From an uncultured Candidatus Saccharibacteria bacterium (GTDB taxonomy: Bacteria; Patescibacteriota; Minisyncoccia; CAIUEV01; JAHKAQ01), in contig CAZRBB010000001.1 of the NCBI GenBank assembly GCA_964598205.1, positions 28,199-92,198 on the forward strand: a DNA stretch of 64,000 bases, written 5' to 3'. The notes under the pieces were generated by a model. It worked only from the letters and a program-made list of their open reading frames with translations, searched no databases and was not told the origin of the DNA. How positions within the stretch are numbered: position 1 is the first letter of the stretch; each line of letters starts with the position of its first letter. Shown here piece after piece: positions 10,047-19,621 of the stretch. The translations under genes were made by a program, and so were the position numbers.

Positions 10047-10670
10047 ATGAGAGAACAACAGGAACAACAACCAGTATTACCAGAAGAATCCAAGATTGCT
10101 TCAGCCAACTTCGAATCCTGGAACGACACCTTGCAAACTAAGGACCCCGAAAAAGTAGCGGCGCTTTATTCTGATGATGCCACTTTTCTTCCAACTGTTT
10201 CTGGAAAATTTATGAAAGGCAAGGATGGAGCGGCGGAATATTTTGAACATTTTTTGAAGAAAGATCCTAGCGGTCGGGTTATTGAAGAAAAAATAATCAC
10301 CTTGGAACCAGGATGCTACCTTCATTCTGGAAAATATAATTTCCAAGTTGGTCCGGCGGATAATCGGCAAGTGGTAGAAGCCGAATTTTCTTTTGTTTGG
10401 ATGAAAGATAGTAATGATGATTGGAAAATAATTCATCATCATTCATCAATGGCTCCAGAAAAAGAAGACCAAAGAGAGGCGTGGGAGCGACTTCTCCAGG
10501 AAAGCTCAGCCCAAGAAACCGCCGAAGAAGCAACTCAAGAAATTTCCCCCAGCATTGCTCTTCATTCTGGGGTTTATAATAAAATTCGGTTTACTTTAGT
10601 AGAAAGGAAAAGCGAAGAGGGGGGAATAGAAATTTTGCATCGTCATTTATCACCTAGACCAGAAGCTTAG
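10047..10670 (+). CDS. NTF2-like/SnoaL-like (DUF4440-type) domain protein with an acidic C-terminal tail
   Basis: The alternating hydrophobic pattern (AALYSDDATFLPT...WKIIHHHSS) is typical of the NTF2-like fold. Confidence 0.5.
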   Translation: MREQQEQQPVLPEESKIASANFESWNDTLQTKDPEKVAALYSDDATFLPTVSGKFMKGKDGAAEYFEHFLKKDPSGRVIEEKIITLEPGCYLHSGKYNFQVGPADNRQVVEAEFSFVWMKDSNDDWKIIHHHSSMAPEKEDQREAWERLLQESSAQETAEEATQEISPSIALHSGVYNKIRFTLVERKSEEGGIEILHRHLSPRPEA

Positions 10671-10693
10671 AACTATCTCCTAAGAAACCTCTT

Positions 10694-11401
10694 TTGGAAA
10701 AGAATAAAAAAAATCAGCGAAAAATTCCAATGGCAAATAAAAAATTTGCCGGTGAAGAGAAAGTTTCGCTAAGTTTTTGGTCTGGCGAAAGAGAAAAGAA
10801 AATGATTGCCCAGATTCTTCCTTTAATTCCTAGCTGGATTAAAGGCTGTCACTTTACTCTTTTAAGCCTTCCTATTTCCCTAGGAGTTGTCTTTTCTTAT
10901 TATCTTGCAGAAGGAAATAGGAACTTTCTCTGGGTTGCCTCTCTTTTTATAATTGCGCAATGGATTTCTGATTCCCTAGATGGTGCATTAGGAAGATTTC
11001 GAGATGAAGGGCATTGTCTTTGGGGATTCTATATGGATCATTTTTTTGATTTTTTGTTTTTAGTGTCTATTGTTTTGGGCTATTCTTTCTTGTTTAATGG
11101 ACCTCATAAAGTATTAGTTCTGCTTTTTATTCCTGTCTTGGCAAGTTTTATGCTCAGCTCTGTCCTGTCTTTTGGAATAACACGAACATTCAATGTTGTT
11201 TATTTTGGCGTTGGCCCTACTGATCTTCGATTCATGACCGTGGTATTAAATATTTTGATTTTTTATTTTGGTGTTGATTTTTTAAAAGGGGGAATAATTT
11301 GGGGTCTTGTGGTTGTTGTATTTTTTCTAATAATCTTTGTTTACCGATCCCAGAGGGAAATACTGGAGTTAGAAAAAAAGAGTTACAATAAAAATTGCTG
11401 A
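10694..11401 (+). CDS. CDP-alcohol phosphatidyltransferase-family membrane protein
   Basis: DSLDGALGRFRDEGHCLWGFYMDHFFD approximates the D-G-x2-A-R...G-x3-D-x3-D motif; multi-TM. Confidence 0.5.
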   Translation: MEKNKKNQRKIPMANKKFAGEEKVSLSFWSGEREKKMIAQILPLIPSWIKGCHFTLLSLPISLGVVFSYYLAEGNRNFLWVASLFIIAQWISDSLDGALGRFRDEGHCLWGFYMDHFFDFLFLVSIVLGYSFLFNGPHKVLVLLFIPVLASFMLSSVLSFGITRTFNVVYFGVGPTDLRFMTVVLNILIFYFGVDFLKGGIIWGLVVVVFFLIIFVYRSQREILELEKKSYNKNC

Positions 11402-11423
11402 ATTATTTTTTAAAGCATTCGTT

Positions 11424-12191
11424 ATGGATTTTTTGTATGCAATTATCTTAGGCTTAGTAGAGGGAGTGACGGAATTTCTCCCGATTTCTTCTACGGGGCA
11501 TATGATTTTAGTTTCCACTTTCTTGCCTCTAAAAGATAAAGAATTCTGGAAAACTTTTGAAATAGCCATTCAATTAGGGGCTATTTTAGCAATAGTCTTT
11601 TTATATGCTGGTCGTTTGTTAAAAAATTGGGAGATTTATAAAAAAATAACTGCTGCTTTTATTCCGGCAGCGGTTGTTGGTTTTATCTTCTATAAATTAA
11701 TTAAGGGCTATCTTTTTAGTCCCCTAGTCGTTTCTTTGTCGCTGATTATTGGTGGGGTAATCCTGCTTTTTGTAGATAAAAAAATGGCCAAAAATATTAG
11801 CGAATACAAAGAAACGGAAAACATTTCTTATCTTCGGGCTTTTTTGATTGGCCTGTTTCAGGCTATAGCAGTGGTTCCCGGCGTATCTCGTGCTGGGGCA
11901 ACTATTGTTGGCGGTTTATTTAATGGCTTTAGCAGAAAACAAGCAGTGGAATTTTCTTTTCTTCTAGCTGTTCCTACCATGATTGCCGCTTCGGGGTATG
12001 ATCTATTAAAAACGCCACTTGAGCTTACGGGTCATCATTTTTTAATTATTGGGGTTGGAGTCTTAACCGCTTTTGTTTCGGCTTTTTTTACGGTTAAATT
12101 TTTTATTTTATTTTTAGAAAAATATAGTTTTACTTTTTTTGGTTGGTACCGGATCCTATTAGGATTGGTTTTCTTGAGGCTTCTTTTATAG
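11424..12191 (+). CDS. uppP: Undecaprenyl-diphosphatase (BacA/UppP)
   Basis: LGLVEGVTEFLPISSTGHMIL signature and the PGVSRAGATI second motif. Confidence 0.9.
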   Translation: MDFLYAIILGLVEGVTEFLPISSTGHMILVSTFLPLKDKEFWKTFEIAIQLGAILAIVFLYAGRLLKNWEIYKKITAAFIPAAVVGFIFYKLIKGYLFSPLVVSLSLIIGGVILLFVDKKMAKNISEYKETENISYLRAFLIGLFQAIAVVPGVSRAGATIVGGLFNGFSRKQAVEFSFLLAVPTMIAASGYDLLKTPLELTGHHFLIIGVGVLTAFVSAFFTVKFFILFLEKYSFTFFGWYRILLGLVFLRLLL

Positions 12192-12221
12192 AGGCACTAA
12201 AAATTATTTTTAATCAAAAAA

Positions 12222-12902
12222 TTGTTAAAAAAAACACATACTATAATTATCTCCGATTTGCATTTAGGGTCTTCGGTTAGTCAGCCCCTAAAGATTTTAG
12301 CAATGCTTAAGAGTTTTTCTTTTAGAAAGTTGATTCTGTTAGGAGATGTCTTTGATAGTTTGAATTTTAGAAAATTATCCAAAGACGCTTGGACACTCTT
12401 AAACTATATCGGAGAAATATCTAAAACCAATAAAGTAAGATGGGTAGAAGGCAACCATGATGAAGGGTTGTCTGATCTTTTTAGTGCTCTAATAGGAGCA
12501 CAGGTCTATAAAGAATATTCTTGGCAATATAAGCAGAAAAAATACCTGGCAATTCATGGCCATCAGTTCGATCGATTTTTAGTAGACAATGTTTTTTTAA
12601 GTCAGGCCGCTTCTCATGTTTATAGCTTTATTCAAAAAATAGATTACTCCCAAGACCAAAAAATCAGTCGTTTTGTAAAAAGAAGTAGCAAAGGATGGCT
12701 TAGGCTTTCGGCCAAGGTAACTAGAGAAGCTATTATTCATGGGGATAAAATGGGGGCGGACTATGTTTTTTGTGGACATACTCATAAAAGCTTGTTTAAA
12801 ACAAAAACCACTCCCCAATATTACAATTGCGGTTGTTGGACAGACATTCCCTGTTCCTTTATTTCTATAGATGAGAAAGAAATTAATCTTCTTAAATACT
12901 AG
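12222..12902 (+). CDS. Calcineurin-like metallophosphoesterase
   Basis: ISDLHLG, LLGDVFD, EGNHD and CGHTH motifs in canonical order. Confidence 0.75.
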   Translation: MLKKTHTIIISDLHLGSSVSQPLKILAMLKSFSFRKLILLGDVFDSLNFRKLSKDAWTLLNYIGEISKTNKVRWVEGNHDEGLSDLFSALIGAQVYKEYSWQYKQKKYLAIHGHQFDRFLVDNVFLSQAASHVYSFIQKIDYSQDQKISRFVKRSSKGWLRLSAKVTREAIIHGDKMGADYVFCGHTHKSLFKTKTTPQYYNCGCWTDIPCSFISIDEKEINLLKY

Positions 12903-12916
12903 GCCTATAACAAAAA

Positions 12917-12946
12917 AAAAGAATGACCTTGGCCATTCTTTTTTTA
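12917..12946 (+). terminator. Candidate intrinsic terminator
   Basis: Imperfect hairpin AGAATGACC-TT-GGCCATTCT followed by a T run, directly after the stop of the 12222..12902 CDS. Confidence 0.4.
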
Positions 12947-12951
12947 TTCAG

Positions 12952-13025
12952 CGTCCCGGGCAGGAATTGAACCTGCGGCCTACGCGTTAGGAGTGCGTTG
13001 CTCTGTCCAGCTGAGCTACCGGGAC
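12952..13025 (-). tRNA. tRNA-Arg (anticodon CCT)
   Basis: Reverse complement folds as GTCCCGG acceptor, GCTC/GAGC D stem, anticodon loop CTCCTAA, TTCAATT T-loop, discriminator G. Confidence 0.8.
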
Positions 13026-13142
13026 ATATGCTTGGAAAGTATAACGATGGGAAGAGAAAGGTGCAAATTATTAAAATGCCAATTTGATTTTCTTTCTTTT
13101 AAAATGTAAATTACAAGGAATATCAAACAAAAAAATAAAAAT

Positions 13143-13415
13143 ATGGTAACTTCGATTTGCCAGAGTTGTGGTTTGCCTCTTACTAAGATTAGCAATAGAG
13201 GGACAATGAAAAGTGGTACAAGAAGCCATGATTATTGCCACTTTTGCTTTAGAGATGGATTTTTCACTAAACCGGGAACAACTTTGGAAGAAATGATTAA
13301 TCGCTCCGCTCTTTTTATGAGCGAAAAGAACAGAATAGACGAAAAAATGGCCCAAAAAATAGCTCAAAAAATCATCCCTCGACTAAAAAGATGGCAAGAT
13401 AAACCAGAAGAATGA
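13143..13415 (+). CDS. Zinc-ribbon domain hypothetical protein
   Basis: CQSCG...CHFC paired CxxC motifs; 90 aa. Confidence 0.45.
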   Translation: MVTSICQSCGLPLTKISNRGTMKSGTRSHDYCHFCFRDGFFTKPGTTLEEMINRSALFMSEKNRIDEKMAQKIAQKIIPRLKRWQDKPEE

Positions 13416-14350
13416 AAACTTTTTTTATTGATCAGTTAGCTCAAGCAGTTTGCAAAAAAGAAACAGTTCTTTGTCTTGGGCTGGACACTTCTTGGGAATA
13501 TTTACCTGATTTTTTGTTTAAAAATAAAAATCTTGGAGAAGAAAAAGAAGAAATTGCTGAGGCTATTTGGAAATTCAATCAAATTGTTATAGACGAAGCC
13601 TGTCCCTTTGTAGCCGCGGTAAAACCCAACATTGCCTTCTATGAAAAATATGGAAGCCTAGGTATAAAGGCATTAGAAAGAACAATCAATTATTCTCGGG
13701 AGAAGGGGCTTTTAGTTATTATTGATGCCAAAAGAGGGGATGGTGGCAAGACGGCCGCCGCTTATGCTGAAACTTTTCTGCCTCGACAATCTGGGAAAGA
13801 TAATTCCCCACTAGCCTGCGATGCCCTTACAATCAATGGATCAATCGGCAGTGCTTGCGTTAATGAATTCTTGAAGGTGATGGAAGAAGGGGGCGGTGGC
13901 TTTGTGCTTTGCAAAACTTCCTTTGTTCCTAATTCAGAAATAGAGTCAACTAAAATTGAAGGTAGCGAAAACTATCTTTGGATGAAACAAGCAGAACTAA
14001 TAAGGGAATGGGGAAAGAATTTGGTTGGAGAGTGTGGCTATTCTTCACTGGGCGCAGTGGTGGGTGCAACCTATCCCGAAGAAATGGAACAGGCAAGAAA
14101 AATAATGCCTCAAAACTGGTTTTTAGTGCCCGGTTATGGAGCCCAAGGCGGAGAAGCAATCTCGGCCGTTGTTGCGGTAGACAAATCTGGGCTTGGAGTT
14201 ATTGTTAATTCATCTCGCGGGATCGTTAAGAGCCATCTTCATCTTTCTTTAGCACTTTCTGAAGGTGATTTTAGAACATCAATCAGAAATGCGGCTCAAA
14301 AGTCTCAGCTTGAATTAGAAGAAGCCAGAAGAAAAGCAAGAAAGGATTGA
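13412..14350 (+). CDS. pyrF: Orotidine 5'-phosphate decarboxylase (type 2)
   Basis: AAVKPNIAFYEKYG and IIDAKRGDGGKTAAAYA motifs of the long-form PyrF subfamily. Confidence 0.8.
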   Translation: MKTFFIDQLAQAVCKKETVLCLGLDTSWEYLPDFLFKNKNLGEEKEEIAEAIWKFNQIVIDEACPFVAAVKPNIAFYEKYGSLGIKALERTINYSREKGLLVIIDAKRGDGGKTAAAYAETFLPRQSGKDNSPLACDALTINGSIGSACVNEFLKVMEEGGGGFVLCKTSFVPNSEIESTKIEGSENYLWMKQAELIREWGKNLVGECGYSSLGAVVGATYPEEMEQARKIMPQNWFLVPGYGAQGGEAISAVVAVDKSGLGVIVNSSRGIVKSHLHLSLALSEGDFRTSIRNAAQKSQLELEEARRKARKD

Positions 14351-14498
14351 CACGAACTGTTTCTTTGGTTATTCTCCTTGCATGATTGGAGGAATGGAAA
14401 ATTTAAAGAGAAGCTTAAAACTGGCCGGATTGGTCTTTTTCATGACTCTTTCTTTAAGTATTTTATTCTTTTTTGTTCCCGCTTTTTAATTAAAGCCC

Positions 14499-14615
14499 AT
14501 AGTCTTGGCGGTTCAAGCGACAAGGAAACACCTGATCCCATCCCGAACTCAGAAGTTAAGCTTGTCTGCGCCGATGGTAGCGCTTTTGCGCAAGAGTAGG
14601 CCATCGCCAAGACCA
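14499..14615 (+). rRNA. rrf: 5S ribosomal RNA
   Basis: Helix I AGTCTTGGCG/CGCCAAGAC and the conserved internal blocks CCTGATCCCATCCCGAACTCAGAAGTTAAGC, GCGCCGATGGTAGC and GAGTAGG. Flanking GCCCAT/ATGGGC extends helix I as a processing stem. Confidence 0.85.
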
Positions 14616-14658
14616 TGGGCTTTATTTGTTTCTGGAGTCCGGTTATAATCGAAGGGCT

Positions 14659-15429
14659 ATGCAAAGAAAAAACAAACAGTTAATCGTTGCTTTCTCTTAT
14701 TTAGCCATTTTTGTTCTCTTGGTGGTTTTTTTCCGCTTTCTTTTGGTAAAACCTTCTTGCTTTGATCAAAAGAAAAACGGAACAGAAGAAGATATTGATT
14801 GTGGAGGTTCTTGCGAGAGAGAATGTGATCCCAAAGTTTCTCTAGAAGCTATTAAAACAAGCGCCCCGATTCTCCTAAAAGACGGCAATCGCGTTGATGC
14901 AATTGCGGAAATGGATAATCCTAATTCTGGTCATGGGTTTCCTAATCTAAAATATACTTTAAAGTTTTATCAAGGGGACCAGTTGATAGGGGAGAGTTCT
15001 GGAAAAGCATATCTTCTACCCAAAGAAAAGAAAAATTTAATTGTTACTGGTATTTCTGTTGATGGAGAGCCAGATTCGGCCAAACTAGAACTAGTATCAG
15101 GTCAAGAAATGCCCTTTTCTGAACGGCAAAAACCAAAATTAGAAGTCTTAAATCTTAAATTTGGTCGGACAGAAGAAACAAGTACTTTCTTAGAAGCCAC
15201 TTTTCAATTAGCCAACAGAAGTCCTAATGATTTTTCTGTAGTCGACATAGAGGCAGTAGTCATGGACAGTCAAGGGCGGCCGATTGCTTTGAATAAAGGA
15301 AACCTAAACAATGTTCTTTCGGGTGATATCCGTGATTTTAGATTCTTTTGGCCCAACGAATTTTTGGGTCAGCCAGAAAGAGTGGAAATCAGAGCCCACT
15401 CTAATGTACTAGATTTAGAAAATCTCTAA
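14659..15429 (+). CDS. Hypothetical membrane-anchored protein
   Basis: N-terminal TM then a Cys-containing segment (DCGGSCERECD). Start moved to Met 14659 so it does not overlap the 5S rRNA. Confidence 0.45.
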   Translation: MQRKNKQLIVAFSYLAIFVLLVVFFRFLLVKPSCFDQKKNGTEEDIDCGGSCERECDPKVSLEAIKTSAPILLKDGNRVDAIAEMDNPNSGHGFPNLKYTLKFYQGDQLIGESSGKAYLLPKEKKNLIVTGISVDGEPDSAKLELVSGQEMPFSERQKPKLEVLNLKFGRTEETSTFLEATFQLANRSPNDFSVVDIEAVVMDSQGRPIALNKGNLNNVLSGDIRDFRFFWPNEFLGQPERVEIRAHSNVLDLENL

Positions 15430-15430
15430 G

Positions 15431-16540
15431 ATGAAGCTTGGTTTTCGGGGCGAAACTTTTGATTTTAAGCTTATTTTAAGCTCCCTAATCCTAATGGGAA
15501 TGGGTCTTTTGGCTATTTTTAGCGTCTCTTTCCGCGATCCTGGATTTAATAATTTTAAAAGGCAAGTTCTCTTTACTATTTTAGCTTTGATAATTTTTTT
15601 TATTGTTAGTCGTGTTAACTATGGGTTCTGTCTTAATTATTCTCGATTATTTTATTTTGGAGCCCTTTTTTTAATGGTGGCAGTTTTAATCTTTGGGAAA
15701 AGTATTCACGGTACTACTGGTTGGATCAGCTATGCTTCTTTTCATATTCAGCCGGTAGAAATTATGAAACTTTCAACTATTTTAATCTTGGCTAAATATT
15801 TTTCCAAGATCAGAATGGACGATAGAAATATTCGTCATATAGTCCTTTCTGGGATATATTGCTTAATTCCTATTTCGCTTGCCCTTCTTCAACCTGATTT
15901 TGGTTCGGCCGCAGTGATTGCTGGAATCTGGATTATACTTTTACTTTTTAAAGGGATTAAGAAAAAACATGCTTGGTTTCTTTTCGGATTAGCAATTTTC
16001 ATAATTTTACTTGGCTGGGCCTTCTTCTTAAAACCTTATCAAAAAGATAGAATTGTTTCTTTTTTAGATCTAAAGAAAGATCCCTCCGGCTCTGGTTACC
16101 ATGTTATTCAATCCATTACTGCTATTGGTTCTGGTGGGATTATGGGCAAGGGGCTAGGTTATGGTTCTCAGTCTCAGCTAAAATTTTTACCAGAAGCACA
16201 CACCGATTTTATTTACTCTGTTATTGGAGAAGAGCTTGGGTTTATTGGTTCTGGAATCCTAATAACCGCCTTTATTTTTCTCTTTTGGAGTATCTACGAA
16301 ACAGCCCGGAAAAGTATTGATAATTTTGGTCGTTTTCTTGCGGCTGGAACACTAGTTTTTTTCTTTTTACAGTTTGTTGTTAATGTTGGCATGAACATTG
16401 GCCTTGTTCCCGTAACCGGCCTACCTTTACCCTTAGTTTCTTATGGTGGAAGCGCCCTGTTAGTAGAAGCTTTTCTTTTAGGGGTTGTTTTCAGTATTAA
16501 TTCCTCTAGTAGAAAATTAGGAGGTTATTGGAGGGAATAA
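15431..16540 (+). CDS. ftsW: SEDS-family peptidoglycan glycosyltransferase (FtsW/RodA)
   Basis: About 10 TM helices and the C-terminal GLPLPLVSYGGSALL signature. Confidence 0.85.
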   Translation: MKLGFRGETFDFKLILSSLILMGMGLLAIFSVSFRDPGFNNFKRQVLFTILALIIFFIVSRVNYGFCLNYSRLFYFGALFLMVAVLIFGKSIHGTTGWISYASFHIQPVEIMKLSTILILAKYFSKIRMDDRNIRHIVLSGIYCLIPISLALLQPDFGSAAVIAGIWIILLLFKGIKKKHAWFLFGLAIFIILLGWAFFLKPYQKDRIVSFLDLKKDPSGSGYHVIQSITAIGSGGIMGKGLGYGSQSQLKFLPEAHTDFIYSVIGEELGFIGSGILITAFIFLFWSIYETARKSIDNFGRFLAAGTLVFFFLQFVVNVGMNIGLVPVTGLPLPLVSYGGSALLVEAFLLGVVFSINSSSRKLGGYWRE

Positions 16541-16613
16541 TTTTTTTAAAAGCACTTTCTTGACTGGTCATTGGGGAGTGTTAGTATTGAAAAGTTAATT
16601 ACTTTCTTCTAAA

Positions 16614-16964
16614 GTGATGGAACCAAAGAAAGCTGGGAATCATCTGCTACATACTCCAGAATTCTGTCCTAACTGCTCCAAGCGCTACAATGGGGCTAAG
16701 GCGAATGTTGTTGATGGACACGACGGCTTCCTGGTGATTCATGTCACTTGCCCTAATTGCCAAACTTCGGTAATATCCAGTATCTCCTTAACGGGAGCAG
16801 GTATTGCAGCCGTGGGAATGTTGACCGACTTAACCAAGGAGGACCTTGGTATCTTAAGAAGAAGGAAAACTGTTACCATAGACGATGCTATAGAAATGTA
16901 TGAATTTTTAAATCAACGAGCTTTTATTAATCCAGAAAAAAATGAAGCAACAAATCAAGATTGA
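16614..16964 (+). CDS. Hypothetical zinc-ribbon protein
   Basis: CPNCSKRY...CPNCQTS; 116 aa. Confidence 0.4.
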   Translation: MMEPKKAGNHLLHTPEFCPNCSKRYNGAKANVVDGHDGFLVIHVTCPNCQTSVISSISLTGAGIAAVGMLTDLTKEDLGILRRRKTVTIDDAIEMYEFLNQRAFINPEKNEATNQD

Positions 16965-17625
16965 AGCGAAAAAAAGAGAAACTACAAGTAAAAATGTTTC
17001 CCAAATAAGACTAGATGGTTCGGTGCCAGGAGTGGTTTATGGTTTAAAAACAAAACCGATCTCCTTGTTTTTTGATAGAAAACAAACCGATTTAGTTCTA
17101 CATTTTGCCGAAAAGGCCTCTATCTTTCCTCTTGTAATTGAAGGGGAAGAAAAAGAGAGGAATGTCTTAATCAAAGAGCTACAATTCGACAAGTTAACAG
17201 AAAGATTAGTTCATTTTGATTTTTACGAAGTAGACATGAAAAAAGAAATAGAAACAGAAGTGCCCCTAAGATTTATTGGCTTAGCAATGGCTGTTAAAGA
17301 TTTGGGAGGAGTTTTGGTAAAGAACATAGACGAAGTAAGCATTAAATGTTTACCTACCCACTTGCCAGAAGAAATTGTGGTAGATATTTCTATATTAAAG
17401 AATTTTGAAGACATTATCTTAATAAAAGACCTAAAAATTTCCGAAGGAGTAGAAATTTTGAACGGCGGAGAAGAAGTTGTGGCTAAAGTTTCCGCTCCTC
17501 GATCTGAAAAAGAAATGGAAGAATTAAATGAAGAAGTTGAGGGAGATGTTTCAAAGGTTGAAGGAGTGGCAGACAAAGCCCTAGAACCAGCAGAAGGGGA
17601 GACCGGAGACAAAGAAAAGAAATAA
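16942..17625 (+). CDS. rplY: 50S ribosomal protein L25 / general stress protein Ctc
   Basis: N-terminal L25 5S-binding domain (SVPGVVYG) plus a Ctc-type C-terminal extension with an acidic tail. Confidence 0.8.
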   Translation: MKQQIKIEAKKRETTSKNVSQIRLDGSVPGVVYGLKTKPISLFFDRKQTDLVLHFAEKASIFPLVIEGEEKERNVLIKELQFDKLTERLVHFDFYEVDMKKEIETEVPLRFIGLAMAVKDLGGVLVKNIDEVSIKCLPTHLPEEIVVDISILKNFEDIILIKDLKISEGVEILNGGEEVVAKVSAPRSEKEMEELNEEVEGDVSKVEGVADKALEPAEGETGDKEKK

Positions 17626-17689
17626 ACAAAGAAAGAGACGCCCCAAACACTTTGGTTGTTCGCTGAGTATTCGGTTATAATGAACAATC

Positions 17690-19063
17690 ATGAAGAGGCG
17701 TCTTTTTTTTCTCTATAAATTAGCAATTGTTTCTCTGACTTTCCTTTTTTGGACAAGGTTTTTTCCTTTTACTGTGACCAAAGCAGTAGAAAGCTCGACT
17801 GGGACCAACTCTGTGACTAGTAGTTCCGAGGAAAGCGATGCCCAAAAGGAAAAGGAGATAGAAGATAAAAAGGCAGAACTTAAAAGAGCAGAAGAAAGAG
17901 CCAAGGATTACGAAGCAAGAACTCTTATTCTAAGCAATGAAGCCACTTCTCTTGAATCAGCCCTAGGAGAAATAGAAGAGAGGATAAGGAGAACAGAAGA
18001 AGCCCTTTTAAAAACTCAAAAAGAGATAGACAAGGTACAAGGAGAGATTGAAACAAATCAGGGAGAAATTTTTCAAAAAGAAAAGAGCTTAAAAAGCAAA
18101 AGAGTGATTTTGGCTGAATTTATAAAGAATATTCACCGAGTTTCCGATAAATCTTTTCTGGAAGCTTTGCTTTCTACCGATAGTATTGGGGAATATTTTC
18201 AGGAAATAGCTTATTTAAATAAAGTTTCTACCGAGGTAAAGGAAATTTATGATGAATTAAAAATAGAAAAAAAAGGCTTAATTATAGAAAAGGAAAAGCT
18301 AGAAGTTAAAAGCCAGGGGCAAGCCAATCTTAAAATAATGCAGGAGCAGCAAAGAAAATATTTAGAGAAAGATAAAAATCAAAAGGACTCTCTTTTAAAA
18401 GAAACTCAGGGAAAGGAGATTCTTTATCAAAAACTCTTAACAGAGAAAAAAGAACAAATTGTGAAAATAACAGAGGAGATTACAAGCTTACAAAGCTTAG
18501 GCGAATCGATTAATTTTGAAGAAGCGATAGTTGCGGCCCGCTTTGCCTCAGAGAAAACGGGAGTCAGGGTTCCTTATCTGCTAGGAGTTCTAAGAGTGGA
18601 ATCCAATATGGGGAATAATGTTGGCGGTGGTCGTTACCAAACAGATATGCACAAAGCGCAAAGAGAGATTTTTGAAGAAATATGCGCCAAATTGGATTAT
18701 GACCCCAAGAAAATGCCAGTTTCTAAAAAGCCTTGCTACAAAGACAAGGATGGTAATTGTGGTGGCTGGGGCGGAGCAATGGGGCCAGCACAATTTATGC
18801 CATCGACTTGGAGGGGCTATGAAAAAAAGATTATGCAAGTCCTGGGAACAGATAGTCCTGATCCCTGGAATCTAAGACACGCCTTAGTAGCAATGGGGTT
18901 AAAATTAGCTAAAGTTGACGGAGTACTAAAAGGTTCACGGGAAGCGGAAAAAAAAGCCGCCAATATTTATTTGGCCGGTAGTAACTGGGAGAATTTTACT
19001 TGGTATGGAGATCGAGTAATGCAGTTTGCCGATGTCTTTGAGGAAAAAATAAAAAACAATTAA
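17690..19063 (+). CDS. Membrane-anchored coiled-coil protein with a C-terminal lytic transglycosylase (SLT/MltB-like) domain
   Basis: Signal/TM, about 250 aa of heptad-rich coiled coil, then ESNMG and AMGPAQFMPSTW motifs typical of lytic transglycosylases. Confidence 0.6.
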   Translation: MKRRLFFLYKLAIVSLTFLFWTRFFPFTVTKAVESSTGTNSVTSSSEESDAQKEKEIEDKKAELKRAEERAKDYEARTLILSNEATSLESALGEIEERIRRTEEALLKTQKEIDKVQGEIETNQGEIFQKEKSLKSKRVILAEFIKNIHRVSDKSFLEALLSTDSIGEYFQEIAYLNKVSTEVKEIYDELKIEKKGLIIEKEKLEVKSQGQANLKIMQEQQRKYLEKDKNQKDSLLKETQGKEILYQKLLTEKKEQIVKITEEITSLQSLGESINFEEAIVAARFASEKTGVRVPYLLGVLRVESNMGNNVGGGRYQTDMHKAQREIFEEICAKLDYDPKKMPVSKKPCYKDKDGNCGGWGGAMGPAQFMPSTWRGYEKKIMQVLGTDSPDPWNLRHALVAMGLKLAKVDGVLKGSREAEKKAANIYLAGSNWENFTWYGDRVMQFADVFEEKIKNN

Positions 19064-19160
19064 AAAATTTGTCAGAATAAAAGAAATCGTTATTATGGAC
19101 AAGGGCAGTCTTAAATACCTTTATGGACAAAGGCATTTAAAGATTCCTCATTATTTTAAA

Positions 19161-19237
19161 GCCGGCATAGCTCAGTTGGTTAGAGCAACTGTTTTGTAAA
19201 CAGTAGGTCGTCGGTTCGAATCCGACCGCCGGCTCCA
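19161..19237 (+). tRNA. tRNA-Thr (anticodon TGT), CCA encoded
   Basis: GCCGGCA acceptor, anticodon stem ACTGT/ACAGT with loop TTTGTAA, T arm GTCGG-TTCGAAT-CCGAC, discriminator T, terminal CCA. Confidence 0.85.
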
Positions 19238-19260
19238 AATATGTAAGCTCGTTAGATATT

Positions 19261-19288
19261 AAAAAGCGGTCCCAAAGACCGCTTTTTA
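19261..19288. terminator. Bidirectional intrinsic terminator between tRNA-Thr and hup
   Basis: AAAAAGCGGTC-CCAAA-GACCGCTTTTT perfect hairpin flanked by A and T runs. Confidence 0.65.
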
Positions 19289-19312
19289 ATATTCGAAAAC
19301 TGTTTTCTAAGA

Positions 19313-19594
19313 TTACTTAACTGCTTCTTTTAGAGTTGCTCCAGCTTTGAATTTAGGAACCTTAGTAGCTGGAATTTGGATTTTTTCTCCTGTCTTAGGA
19401 TTAAACCCTGTTCTAGCTTTTCTGTCCTTAACAAAAAATGAACCGAATCCGGTGAAGTTAACCTTGGATCCTTGTTTGATCTTATCGGTTATTACTTCTA
19501 ATAAAGCTTCCAGGATTTCGGTAGTATTTTTTTTGTTTTGCTGGGTCTTTTCGGAAACTGCTTCTACGATATCTTTTTTACCTAGATTATTCAT
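19313..19594 (-). CDS. hup: DNA-binding protein HU
   Basis: 93 aa; KIQIPATKVPKFKAGATLKEAV C-terminal arm and GFGSF motif. Confidence 0.9.
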   Translation of the reverse strand: MNNLGKKDIVEAVSEKTQQNKKNTTEILEALLEVITDKIKQGSKVNFTGFGSFFVKDRKARTGFNPKTGEKIQIPATKVPKFKAGATLKEAVK

Positions 19595-19621
19595 GCATTC
19601 ACCTCCCCTCTCTTATGTTAA

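Noticed and set aside
17223-17687. 154-aa minus-strand ORF antisense to rplY
   Set aside because: Low-complexity Ser/Thr-rich antisense translation of the acidic tail region of L25.
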